DNA of 64,000 nucleotides from an uncultured Chryseobacterium sp. (GTDB lineage: Bacteria > Bacteroidota > Bacteroidia > Flavobacteriales > Weeksellaceae), in contig CAZPQV010000003.1 of assembly GCA_964588705.1 (NCBI GenBank), forward strand, positions 12,926 to 76,925, in the 5' to 3' direction. The number at the start of each line of letters is the position of its first letter. The first letter of the stretch is position 1. A program made the position numbers and the translations under genes. Below are positions 56,799 through 64,000 of the stretch, in pieces. The notes beneath the pieces are model-generated. The model ran no database searches, was not told the DNA's origin, and was given only the letters and a program-made list of their open reading frames with translations.

Positions 56799-57626
56799 AT
56801 GATTAAAGAAGTTCAAATAAAGAAGGTAAAGGATTTTGGGAGCGACAGTTTCCACAAAAGTGATGTGCTCGCCATTGAAGAACCGCTTGAAATTTCACTG
56901 AAATCAGGTCAAGACGGACAAACTTCTCCGGTCTCCGTAACGATGAGAACCCCGGGAAACGATGAGGAACTCGCCGTTGGATTTCTGTTTACAGAAGGAA
57001 TCATTCATTCACGACAAAATCTTGCTGAAAAGGCATCTTCGAGCTTTCTGGACAATAAAATCACCGTCAACTTACATCCAGATTTTAATGCAGACCTTGA
57101 AAAACTGAAACGCAATTTCTACACCACCAGCAGTTGCGGCGTTTGCGGAAAAGAAAGCATTGAAGCGATTAAGCAGGTTTGTAAAATCCCATTAAAAAAG
57201 GAGAAAATCTCAGTGGATATCAAACACATTTTTGGATTGCCGGATCAACTCCGTGTCGCGCAAAAAACATTTGAATCTACCGGTGGAATTCACGCTTCTG
57301 CCCTTTTTGATACCGAAGGAAATCTGCTCGAACTTCGTGAAGATGTCGGTAGACATAACGCACTGGACAAACTAATTGGTGCAGAACTTCTGAAATCCCA
57401 AAACGAAGACTTTAGTTTAGAAAATAAAATCCTGCTTTTGAGCGGCAGAGCGAGTTTCGAACTCATTCAGAAATCTGCAATGGCGGGAATTCAGATTGTA
57501 TGCGCAATTGGCGCTCCAAGTTCGCTTGCCGTAGAAACCGCCGAAGATTTTGGAATGACTTTGATCGGTTTCCTGAAAAACGGAAGCTGCAATATCTATT
57601 GTGGAGAAGAAAGAGTGATAGTTTAG
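56799..57626 (+). CDS. fdhD: formate dehydrogenase accessory sulfurtransferase FdhD
   Basis: SSCGVCGKESI, GGIHASALF, VGRHNALDKLIG and SGRASFELIQKSAMAGI. Confidence 0.9.
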   Translation: MIKEVQIKKVKDFGSDSFHKSDVLAIEEPLEISLKSGQDGQTSPVSVTMRTPGNDEELAVGFLFTEGIIHSRQNLAEKASSSFLDNKITVNLHPDFNADLEKLKRNFYTTSSCGVCGKESIEAIKQVCKIPLKKEKISVDIKHIFGLPDQLRVAQKTFESTGGIHASALFDTEGNLLELREDVGRHNALDKLIGAELLKSQNEDFSLENKILLLSGRASFELIQKSAMAGIQIVCAIGAPSSLAVETAEDFGMTLIGFLKNGSCNIYCGEERVIV

Positions 57627-57654
57627 ATGGAAGTTCGAAGCTCGAAGCACGGAG
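57627..57654. repeat. phased heptamer array, NNNGAAG class
   Basis: ATGGAAG TTCGAAG CTCGAAG CACGGAG, starting right after the fdhD stop. Confidence 0.8.
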
Positions 57655-57695
57655 AAAACACAAGTAACTATAAACCAGAAACAAGCAACAAGATT

Positions 57696-58067
57696 ATGAA
57701 AATAAGAATAAAAGGAAACAGCATCCGACTCAGACTGACGAAAACCGACGTAAGAAACCTGAAAGAAACCGGAAGAGTGGATGAAAAAACCGTTTTGGGA
57801 AATGAGCAACTCTTCTCCTACTCCCTGTTGAAAGATGAAAATGCAGATGCTATTTCAGCATCGTTTGTCAATGGAAGCATTACAGTTGTTCTTCCAAAAA
57901 ATGAATCAGAAACACTTACGGAAACCGATGAAATTACGGTAAAAGATTATCAGAACAACGGAGAAGAAGGGGATCTATTCCTGTTGATTGAAAAGGACTT
58001 ACAATGTCTGGACGACACTTTTGAAGACCAAAGCGACATGTACGAAAATCCCAATACGACGTGCTAG
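57696..58067 (+). CDS. hypothetical acidic protein
   Basis: 123 aa from the ATG at 57696 (MKIRIKGNSIRLRLTK). The track start at 57627 lies inside a GAAG heptamer array and is unlikely. Confidence 0.55.
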   Translation: MKIRIKGNSIRLRLTKTDVRNLKETGRVDEKTVLGNEQLFSYSLLKDENADAISASFVNGSITVVLPKNESETLTETDEITVKDYQNNGEEGDLFLLIEKDLQCLDDTFEDQSDMYENPNTTC

Positions 58068-58084
58068 GTTAATATTTCGGGAAT

Positions 58085-58540
58085 TTATTTTTTTAGATTA
58101 CTTTCATAAATTTCTACCCATTCTTCCGGCGACATCTTCTGCACCAATTCACCAATCAGGTCGAATGGAATTTCCTCCGGTTTTTTGAAACGGATGCAGG
58201 ATTTCCCTATATCCAGTTTTCTTTTGCAGTGTTTGGGATATTCGGCCACAAACCAATCGTGGAGGTCCGGTTTCGCATACATCCCCATATGATACAGGTT
58301 GATGGAATTTTTCTGCGACGCCATACCCAAAAAAGGTAACGGCTGTCCCGGAGTACAGTGATAACCAGCAGGATACATGGAAAGCGGAACATCCCAACCC
58401 ATCATTCCGTAGCTGACGCCTTCTTCAAAACCTTTCGGAAGATTTTTGGAAATGGTTTCGTAAAGTTTGTTCATCGCTGATTTTCGATCTTCAGGGATTT
58501 TATCAAGATAATCTTTTACGTTTTCGGCTTCGATTCTCAT
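58085..58540 (-). CDS. DUF1801 (YdhG-like) domain-containing protein
   Basis: 151 aa. VKDYLDKIPEDRKSAMNKLYETI ... FLGMASQKNSINLYHMG is typical of DUF1801. Confidence 0.7.
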   Translation of the reverse strand: MRIEAENVKDYLDKIPEDRKSAMNKLYETISKNLPKGFEEGVSYGMMGWDVPLSMYPAGYHCTPGQPLPFLGMASQKNSINLYHMGMYAKPDLHDWFVAEYPKHCKRKLDIGKSCIRFKKPEEIPFDLIGELVQKMSPEEWVEIYESNLKK

Positions 58541-58622
58541 TTTTGAAATTTACTTTAAATGTAGGATTTTTCTTTTAGAAACAGATTTTATTTTGAAGGA
58601 CAAATCTTTCCGACAACTGAAG

Positions 58623-58702
58623 GACTGACCGAAATCCTAGCCCGGATTGCAGCGGCATCCCCCGAAACTTCGGGGATATAGCGGAAAGCCGGTAGAAAAC
58701 TT
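58623..58702 (-). repeat. GCTTTCCG...CTGCAATC element, copy B (inverted relative to A)
   Basis: The reverse complement contains GCTTTCCGCTATATCCCC (14/18 to A) and GGGGATGCCGCTGCAATCCG (14/20 to A). Flanked by 9-bp direct repeats CAACTGAAG at 58614-58622 and 58703-58711. Confidence 0.65.
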
Positions 58703-58740
58703 CAACTGAAGCACATGGCGTAATGCTCCTAAAAAATTTG

Positions 58741-58748
58741 TATTTTTG
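58741..58748 (+). promoter_or_regulatory. -7 box TATTTTTG
   Basis: 18 nt upstream of the aminotransferase ATG. Confidence 0.45.
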
Positions 58749-58766
58749 TGAAAAATAGAAAGTAAA

Positions 58767-59972
58767 ATGCCAAGAATTTCAGAAAGAGCGCAGCACATGC
58801 CTGCTTCACCGGTTCGAAAACTGGTTCCGTACGCTTTACAAGCGAAACAGAAAGGGATAAAAGTATATCATCTAAACATCGGACAGCCCGATATTGAAAC
58901 TCCGGAAACCGCTTTAAATGCAATTAAAAATATTGATTTGAAAGTACTGGATTATGCACTTTCTGAAGGAAATCTGGAGTACAGAAAAGCGTTGGAAACC
59001 TATTACCACGGTCTTGGTTTTACCGATCTTACAACAAACAATTTTATTGTTACTAATGGTGGTTCGGAAGCCCTAAATTTTGCTATTTCAACACTTTGTG
59101 ATGATGGCGACGAAGTGATTATTCCGGAGCCCTATTATGCAAATTACAATGGCTTTGCAAGCACTTTCAATGTGAATGTCGTTGCAGTTCCTTCGTCTAT
59201 TGATACGGGGTTTGCGCTGCCTTCGATTGAAGAATTCGAAAAGAAAATTACCAATAAAACAAGAGCAATTCTTATTTGTAATCCGGGAAATCCAACCGGT
59301 TATCTTTACACCAAAGAAGAGTTGGCAAAACTGGCTGACATTGCTCTGAAACATGATATTGCTATTATTTCTGATGAAGTGTACCGCGAATATGTTTACG
59401 ACGGAAAAACACCGCATTCTATTCTTGAGTTTCCTGAACTCAAAGAACATGCGATTGTAATTGATTCAGAATCAAAAAGATATTCCATGTGTGGCGTAAG
59501 AATCGGCTGTTTGATTACGCGTTCCGAAAAAATAAGAAATGCTGCTATTCTTTTCGCTCAGGCAAGATTGAGCCCGGTGCTTTTAGGACAGATTGCAGCA
59601 ACTGCAGCACACGTAAACGACACCGATTACATCCTGAGCGTTCGTGAAGAATACACAAAAAGAAGAAACCTTTTGGTGGACTTGCTGAATGCAATTCCGG
59701 GTGTGATTTGCCCAAAACCTAGCGGTGCTTTCTATTGTGGAGTTGAGCTTCCGATCGACGATTCGGATAAATTTGCACAATGGCTTCTTGAAAAATATTC
59801 TCTGAATAACGAAACGATTATGGTTGCACCAATGACCGGTTTCTACAGTAATCCTGAACTGGGCAGAAAACAGGTGCGTATTGCCTACGTGCTGAAAGAA
59901 GATGATTTAAAACGCAGTGCTGAAATCCTAAGCGATGCGCTGCAGAAGTATAAGGAAGAGTTTGGTTTGTAA
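58767..59972 (+). CDS. pyridoxal phosphate-dependent aminotransferase (class I, aspartate aminotransferase-like)
   Basis: 401 aa. NPGNPTG and the PLP-lysine region DSESKRYSMCGVRIG. Confidence 0.9.
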   Translation: MPRISERAQHMPASPVRKLVPYALQAKQKGIKVYHLNIGQPDIETPETALNAIKNIDLKVLDYALSEGNLEYRKALETYYHGLGFTDLTTNNFIVTNGGSEALNFAISTLCDDGDEVIIPEPYYANYNGFASTFNVNVVAVPSSIDTGFALPSIEEFEKKITNKTRAILICNPGNPTGYLYTKEELAKLADIALKHDIAIISDEVYREYVYDGKTPHSILEFPELKEHAIVIDSESKRYSMCGVRIGCLITRSEKIRNAAILFAQARLSPVLLGQIAATAAHVNDTDYILSVREEYTKRRNLLVDLLNAIPGVICPKPSGAFYCGVELPIDDSDKFAQWLLEKYSLNNETIMVAPMTGFYSNPELGRKQVRIAYVLKEDDLKRSAEILSDALQKYKEEFGL

Positions 59973-59976
59973 AATT

Positions 59977-60121
59977 TTAAACCACAAAAGTTTCTTCTTT
60001 TGAAGATTTTTAAAGTTACTTTGTAAAGAAGAAAACAGGTGTTTTCCACTTATTTAAACTTTAAAACGTAATATTTGGAAACATTTACACAAGTAGATTT
60101 TTTTAATCTTTTGTGGTTTAA
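59977..60121. repeat. 145-bp element bounded by a perfect 14-bp inverted repeat
   Basis: 59977-59990 TTAAACCACAAAAG and 60108-60121 CTTTTGTGGTTTAA. The element starts 5 nt after the aminotransferase stop. Confidence 0.75.
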
Positions 60122-60150
60122 GCAGAAAAATAAATTCTACTAAAAATCAT

Positions 60151-60184
60151 TGCCACGAATTCACAGATATAGTGCATTCGTGGC
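60151..60184 (+). repeat. CACGAAT hairpin element, complete copy
   Basis: TGCCACGAAT - TCACAGATATAGTGC - ATTCGTGGC, followed by a T-run. Confidence 0.85.
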
Positions 60185-60198
60185 TTTTATTTTTTTTA
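60152..60198 (+). terminator. intrinsic terminator formed by the CACGAAT hairpin
   Basis: 9-bp stem GCCACGAAT/ATTCGTGGC, then TTTTATTTTTTTT. Confidence 0.7.
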
Positions 60199-60222
60199 AA
60201 TTAGCATTTATAATTTCACATT

Positions 60223-61296
60223 ATGATTCTACAGGAAAATATCTCGCTGAAACCGTACAATACTTTCGGCGTTGATGCTAAAGCTAAATATTTCGCAGAA
60301 GTAAAAAATGAAGAAGAACTTTTTGAAATCCTCAGGGAATTCAACAAGCTGAACGAGCCTGCGACACAATCCTTACCTGAATTTAAAACTTTGCCGATAA
60401 TGTTTTTGGGTGGTGGAAGCAATGTACTTTTCACCAAAGATTTTGAAGGTTTGGTTGTGAAACTTGATCTGAAAGGTATTTCCGAAGAAATGATGAGCGA
60501 AGATGAAATGCTGGTTACCGCTAAATCCGGAGAAAACTGGCATCAGTTTGTGATGTATTGTCTGGATAAAAATTATGGCGGACTTGAAAATCTGTCACTG
60601 ATTCCGGGAAATGTCGGCACCTCACCAATGCAGAATATCGGTGCCTACGGAACAGAAATAAAAGACACTTTCGTAAACTGCCGGGTTCTGAATCTTGAGA
60701 AACTTCGTGACCAGACCGCAAATCCTGTTGAAACTTTTGATAAAGAAGAATGTCGTTTCGGTTATCGCGATTCCATTTTCAAACAGGAAGGCAAAGACAA
60801 ATATGTGATTTTGGATGTGACATTCTGTTTAACCACACGCAGACATAAAATAAAAACCGATTACGGCGCCATAAAATCTGAACTGGAAAAATTGGGTATT
60901 GAAAATCCCACGATTCAGGATGTTTCGAAAGCCGTGGTTGCCATCAGACAAAGCAAACTTCCAGATCCTAACGACATTGGCAATGCCGGAAGTTTCTTCA
61001 AAAATCCAACAATACCAAAACAGCAGTTTGATGAGCTTCAGAATAAATTTCCCGAAATTCCATCTTATCCGGCAGGAGAATTGGTTAAAGTTCCTGCAGG
61101 ATGGCTAATTGAACACGCAGGATGGAAAGGAAAACAAATCGGAAATGTAGCTTCACACGAAAAACAGGCATTAGTAATTATTAATAAAACCGGAAATGCC
61201 ACAGGAAAAGAAATCTTTGATTTTTCTGCGATGATTATTGACTCTGTGAAGGAAAAATTTGGGATTGAACTGGAGCGCGAAGTGAATATTATTTAA
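60223..61296 (+). CDS. murB: UDP-N-acetylmuramate dehydrogenase
   Basis: LKPYNTFGV, FLGGGSNVLF, IPGNVGTSPMQNIGAYG, GSFFKNP and PAGWLIE. Confidence 0.92.
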   Translation: MILQENISLKPYNTFGVDAKAKYFAEVKNEEELFEILREFNKLNEPATQSLPEFKTLPIMFLGGGSNVLFTKDFEGLVVKLDLKGISEEMMSEDEMLVTAKSGENWHQFVMYCLDKNYGGLENLSLIPGNVGTSPMQNIGAYGTEIKDTFVNCRVLNLEKLRDQTANPVETFDKEECRFGYRDSIFKQEGKDKYVILDVTFCLTTRRHKIKTDYGAIKSELEKLGIENPTIQDVSKAVVAIRQSKLPDPNDIGNAGSFFKNPTIPKQQFDELQNKFPEIPSYPAGELVKVPAGWLIEHAGWKGKQIGNVASHEKQALVIINKTGNATGKEIFDFSAMIIDSVKEKFGIELEREVNII

Positions 61297-61304
61297 GCTC
61301 GATG

Positions 61305-61736
61305 TTACAAGACTGAAGTTGGAAGTTTCTGAATAATTATTTTATAAAGCCAAAACCCAATACACACGCCAAGCGTATTTAATAAAAGATCATCCACATC
61401 AAAAACGCCCATTCGCGAAAAATATTGAACGGCTTCGACAACAATTAATACCGACAGAAAACTCATAAGCAAGACTTTCAGATTGTTGAACTTTGGAAAA
61501 ATCCATCCTAAAAATCCAAAAGGAACAAAAAGCAGAATATTTCCAAAAATATTAATCAGCAAACTTTGCTCATTATTCCAAAGTAGACTTTGTTTTGCAA
61601 AAAGCCAAGTCGAGAATAGCGGACTAAATCTTACAATATGATCATCATATTGCTCCCTTCCAAAACCTAAAAGCATCAGATAGAGAAGCACCAACGTATA
61701 TGGCAGAATAAGCAATCGGTAAGACTTTCGTAACAT
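61305..61736 (-). CDS. VanZ family membrane protein
   Basis: About 143 aa from the ATG at 61736 with four TM segments. GNILLFVPFGF and DVDDLLLNTLGVCIG are VanZ-like. Confidence 0.75.
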   Translation of the reverse strand: MLRKSYRLLILPYTLVLLYLMLLGFGREQYDDHIVRFSPLFSTWLFAKQSLLWNNEQSLLINIFGNILLFVPFGFLGWIFPKFNNLKVLLMSFLSVLIVVEAVQYFSRMGVFDVDDLLLNTLGVCIGFWLYKIIIQKLPTSVL

Positions 61737-61742
61737 TCTGTG

Positions 61743-61750
61743 CAAATCTA
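61743..61750 (-). promoter_or_regulatory. -7 box TAGATTTG
   Basis: 6 nt upstream of the vanZ-like ATG at 61736. The alternative TTG at 61745 lies inside the box. Confidence 0.4.
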
Positions 61751-61766
61751 ATCCATTTTAAAACAT

Positions 61767-61774
61767 TAAATTTG
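61767..61774 (+). promoter_or_regulatory. -7 box TAAATTTG
   Basis: 43 nt upstream of the lnt ATG. Confidence 0.45.
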
Positions 61775-61817
61775 TGTTTTTGTAAAATCAGAAATCGTCC
61801 CAAAAGGACTGTGCCTT

Positions 61818-63461
61818 ATGAAATACATTATACTTGCGCTGATTTCGGCATTGCTGCTATCCATATCCTGGCCCACTTACGGCATCCCGTTTTTCATTTT
61901 TATTGCATTGGTTCCGCTTTTGATGGTGGAACACGAGATTACAAAGTTCTCGAAAATCAAAAGAAAAGGATTGGCGGTTTTTGGCATTTCATATCTGGTT
62001 TTCATCATTTGGAATATTGTCACCACCGGTTGGCTTTATGGATCTCAAAACCCGGACGGAAGTCCTGCATTGCTTGCTGTGGTCATTCCGGTTTTGGCGA
62101 ATTCAATGCTGTATTCCATCGTTTTTATGCTGTATCATTGGTATAAAAGAATTCAGGGAACGTATTGGGGGCTGGTTTTTTTCGTGGCAATTTGGATGGC
62201 TTTCGAAAAATTTCATTTGAGCTGGGAACTGACCTGGCCTTGGCTGAATCTCGGAAATGTGTTCTCCGAATATCCGAAAGTCATCCAGTGGTATGACACA
62301 CTTGGTGCAACCGGAGGAAGTTTCTGGATATTATTGATTAACGTATATGTTTTTTACACTGTAAGAATTTTTGAAGCCGGCAGAAAAAGAAAACCTTTAA
62401 TCATCAATTCCGTAGTGGTTCTTCTCGGGATTGCTTTGCCGATAATTATTTCTTTAATAAAGTATAGTTCTTTTGATGAAAAACCGTCCGGACAAGTAAA
62501 TGTTCTACTGCTTCAGCCTGACTTGGATCCTTACAACGAAAAATATCAGAAAGACAGCATTCAGATTCTCACCGAAATGTTGAATCTTGCCGAACAAAAT
62601 TCTCCTAAAGACGGAAGCGTAAAGATTGATTATTATATCGGTCCTGAAACTTCGGTTCCGGGGAGCGGTTCCATTTCAGAATCCGGATTTGAACATAGCT
62701 TATTATTAAATACGATTAAAAATTTTCTTTCCACAAAACCGAATTCTGTTTTTGCCACCGGAATTTCATCGCACCGCTTCTTTATGGACGGAAATAATGT
62801 TCCGAAAAACGCCTATCAAACAGCACAGGGATATTGGGTTGAAAGCTATAACTCAGCAGTTCAGTTAATTCCAAACCAGAACGTAGAAATTTATCACAAA
62901 GGGAAACTCGTTCCGGGAGTGGAAATTTTCCCATACATGAACACTTTAAAACCTCTTCTGGGAGATGCCATGCTCAATTTTGGCGGAACCATCGCATCTT
63001 TGGGAATCGATGAAGAAAGAAAAGTTTTTAGCAATCCGTATAACAAAGGAAAACTTGCGCCCATCATTTGTTACGAAAGCGTCTATGGCGAATTCACAAC
63101 CGAATATGTAAAGAAAGGCGCAAACTTTTTGGCCATCATGACCAATGACAGTTGGTGGGGTGTTACGCAGGGACACAAACAGTTGCTGTCTTACGCCAGA
63201 TTACGCGCCATCGAAACGCGCAGAGAAATTGCAAGATCTGCCAACAGCGGAATATCGGCACATATTAATGCCAAAGGCGATATAGAAAGTGATACTTTAT
63301 ATGGTGACGAAACTGCACTTTTCGCAAAAATAAATCTCTACGAAGGAGAAACCTTTTATGTGCAAGCCGGTGATTTACTCACTCGAATTTCGGTTTTCGT
63401 CTTAGGTTTTCTTATATTTTATACGTTGATCAAAAAGATTCAGAACAGAAGAAAGAAATAG
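61818..63461 (+). CDS. lnt: apolipoprotein N-acyltransferase
   Basis: 547 aa. Polytopic N-terminus, then a CN-hydrolase domain with PIICYES (catalytic Cys) and ARSANSGIS. Confidence 0.9.
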   Translation: MKYIILALISALLLSISWPTYGIPFFIFIALVPLLMVEHEITKFSKIKRKGLAVFGISYLVFIIWNIVTTGWLYGSQNPDGSPALLAVVIPVLANSMLYSIVFMLYHWYKRIQGTYWGLVFFVAIWMAFEKFHLSWELTWPWLNLGNVFSEYPKVIQWYDTLGATGGSFWILLINVYVFYTVRIFEAGRKRKPLIINSVVVLLGIALPIIISLIKYSSFDEKPSGQVNVLLLQPDLDPYNEKYQKDSIQILTEMLNLAEQNSPKDGSVKIDYYIGPETSVPGSGSISESGFEHSLLLNTIKNFLSTKPNSVFATGISSHRFFMDGNNVPKNAYQTAQGYWVESYNSAVQLIPNQNVEIYHKGKLVPGVEIFPYMNTLKPLLGDAMLNFGGTIASLGIDEERKVFSNPYNKGKLAPIICYESVYGEFTTEYVKKGANFLAIMTNDSWWGVTQGHKQLLSYARLRAIETRREIARSANSGISAHINAKGDIESDTLYGDETALFAKINLYEGETFYVQAGDLLTRISVFVLGFLIFYTLIKKIQNRRKK

Positions 63462-63471
63462 TTTTTTTTGA

Positions 63472-63513
63472 GCACGGAGTGCACAGAGTTCTACACAGAG
63501 GACACAGCGTTTA
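63472..63513. repeat. phased heptamer array, CACAG class
   Basis: GCACGGA GTGCACA GAGTTCT ACACAGA GGACACA GCGTTTA, after the lnt stop. Confidence 0.65.
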
Positions 63514-63553
63514 AGTAAATTAGTGCTGACAAATTATTGTGCAAAGAAAATAA

Positions 63554-63582
63554 TTGATTTTAAGAACCCTCTTTTCTTCGGA
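63554..63582 (+). repeat. direct repeat copy 1 (29 bp) preceding a CTTC array
   Basis: TTGATTTTAAGAACCCTCTTTTCTTCGGA. 27/29 identical to 63645-63673. Confidence 0.85.
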
Positions 63583-63631
63583 TATTCAACTTCGTGCTTC
63601 GTACTCCGTGCTTCCATCTTCTCGCTTCCCG
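63576..63631. repeat. phased heptamer array, CTTCNNN class (8 units)
   Basis: CTTCGGA TATTCAA CTTCGTG CTTCGTA CTCCGTG CTTCCAT CTTCTCG CTTCCCG. Confidence 0.9.
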
Positions 63632-63644
63632 CAAAATAAAATCA

Positions 63645-63673
63645 CTGATTTTCAGAACCCTCTTTTCTTCGGA
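63645..63673 (+). repeat. direct repeat copy 2 (29 bp) preceding a CTTC array
   Basis: CTGATTTTCAGAACCCTCTTTTCTTCGGA, offset 91 bp from copy 1. Confidence 0.85.
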
Positions 63674-63701
63674 CTTCGGACTCCCGTCTTCCAACTTTTC
63701 A
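63667..63701. repeat. phased heptamer array, CTTCNNN class (5 units)
   Basis: CTTCGGA CTTCGGA CTCCCGT CTTCCAA CTTTTCA. Confidence 0.85.
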
Positions 63702-63720
63702 GAAATCTTTTCTAAAAACA

Positions 63721-63752
63721 TTTGTCAAAACAAAAAATTCTTACTACTTTTG
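63721..63752 (+). promoter_or_regulatory. full Bacteroidota-type promoter of rpmB: -33 TTTG and -7 TACTTTTG
   Basis: TTTG at 63721-63724, 20-nt spacer, TACTTTTG at 63745-63752, 39 nt before the ATG. Confidence 0.6.
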
Positions 63753-63791
63753 CACACTCAAATAATTAAGTCGTAAAAAGAACATCGAGAT

Positions 63792-64000
63792 ATGTCAAGA
63801 ATTTGCCAAATAACAGGAAAGCGTGCAATGGTTGGTAACAACGTTTCTCACGCTAATAACAAAACGAAGCGTCGTTTTGAAATTAACTTATTGGAGAAGA
63901 AATTTTACCTTCCGGAAACAGACGAAAACATCACGCTTAAGGTTTCTGCACACGGATTGAGGATTATCAACAGAGTTGGTATCGAGGAAGCAATTGAAAG
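63792..64000 (+). CDS. rpmB: 50S ribosomal protein L28 (3' end beyond window)
   Basis: Not in the ORF track because there is no stop in the window. ATG at 63792 translates to [42 protein letters not shown]..., canonical L28. Confidence 0.9.
   Translation, partial: MSRICQITGKRAMVGNNVSHANNKTKRRFEINLLEKKFYLPETDENITLKVSAHGLRIINRVGIEEAIE

Noticed and set aside
57627-57695. ATG at 57627 as the start of the gene after fdhD
   Set aside because: That ATG is the first unit of the ATGGAAG TTCGAAG CTCGAAG array. The ATG at 57696 gives a compact N-terminus MKIRIKG.

Overview
AT-rich, gene-dense chromosomal backbone segment from a Bacteroidota genome, most likely Flavobacteriales and Chryseobacterium-like. 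That placement is inferred from a PorP/SprF T9SS protein, DUF3822/DUF4290-type genes, TAnnTTTG -7 boxes and frequent TTG/GTG starts. I call 63 protein-coding genes; the last one, rpmB, is cut by the window end. They include groL, cell-envelope genes (murI, ddl, murA, murB, lpxH, lnt), RNA-modification genes (truA, rsmD, rluD, queD) and a KefF/KefC-like pair. There are also two tandem M3 Dcp peptidases, two S9 peptidases, a GH31 glycosidase and aqpZ. A glyoxylate-shunt operon aceB-aceA has a divergent XRE/RamB-like regulator, and there is an FdhD/MobA-type molybdoenzyme-maturation module. I saw no rRNA, tRNA, CRISPR array, prophage or recognisable defence island. Two genes look selfish: a REP-associated tyrosine transposase (RAYT) with nested inverted hairpin repeats, and a four-helix-bundle (Avd/IVS-protein-like) gene bounded by a 29-bp imperfect inverted repeat. 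The most unusual signal is non-coding. At least 18 intergenic tracts are phased 7-bp arrays with a constant 3-4 nt core and a variable triplet, and some form inverted pairs that bracket single genes. Other small repeat families are CACGAAT hairpins at gene 3' ends, a GCTTTCCG...CTGCAATC element in two copies, two inverted-repeat-bounded palindromic elements, a 10-bp phased TCAAAC array and a duplicated 91-bp module upstream of rpmB. All homology calls come from reading the translations by eye; no database search was possible.
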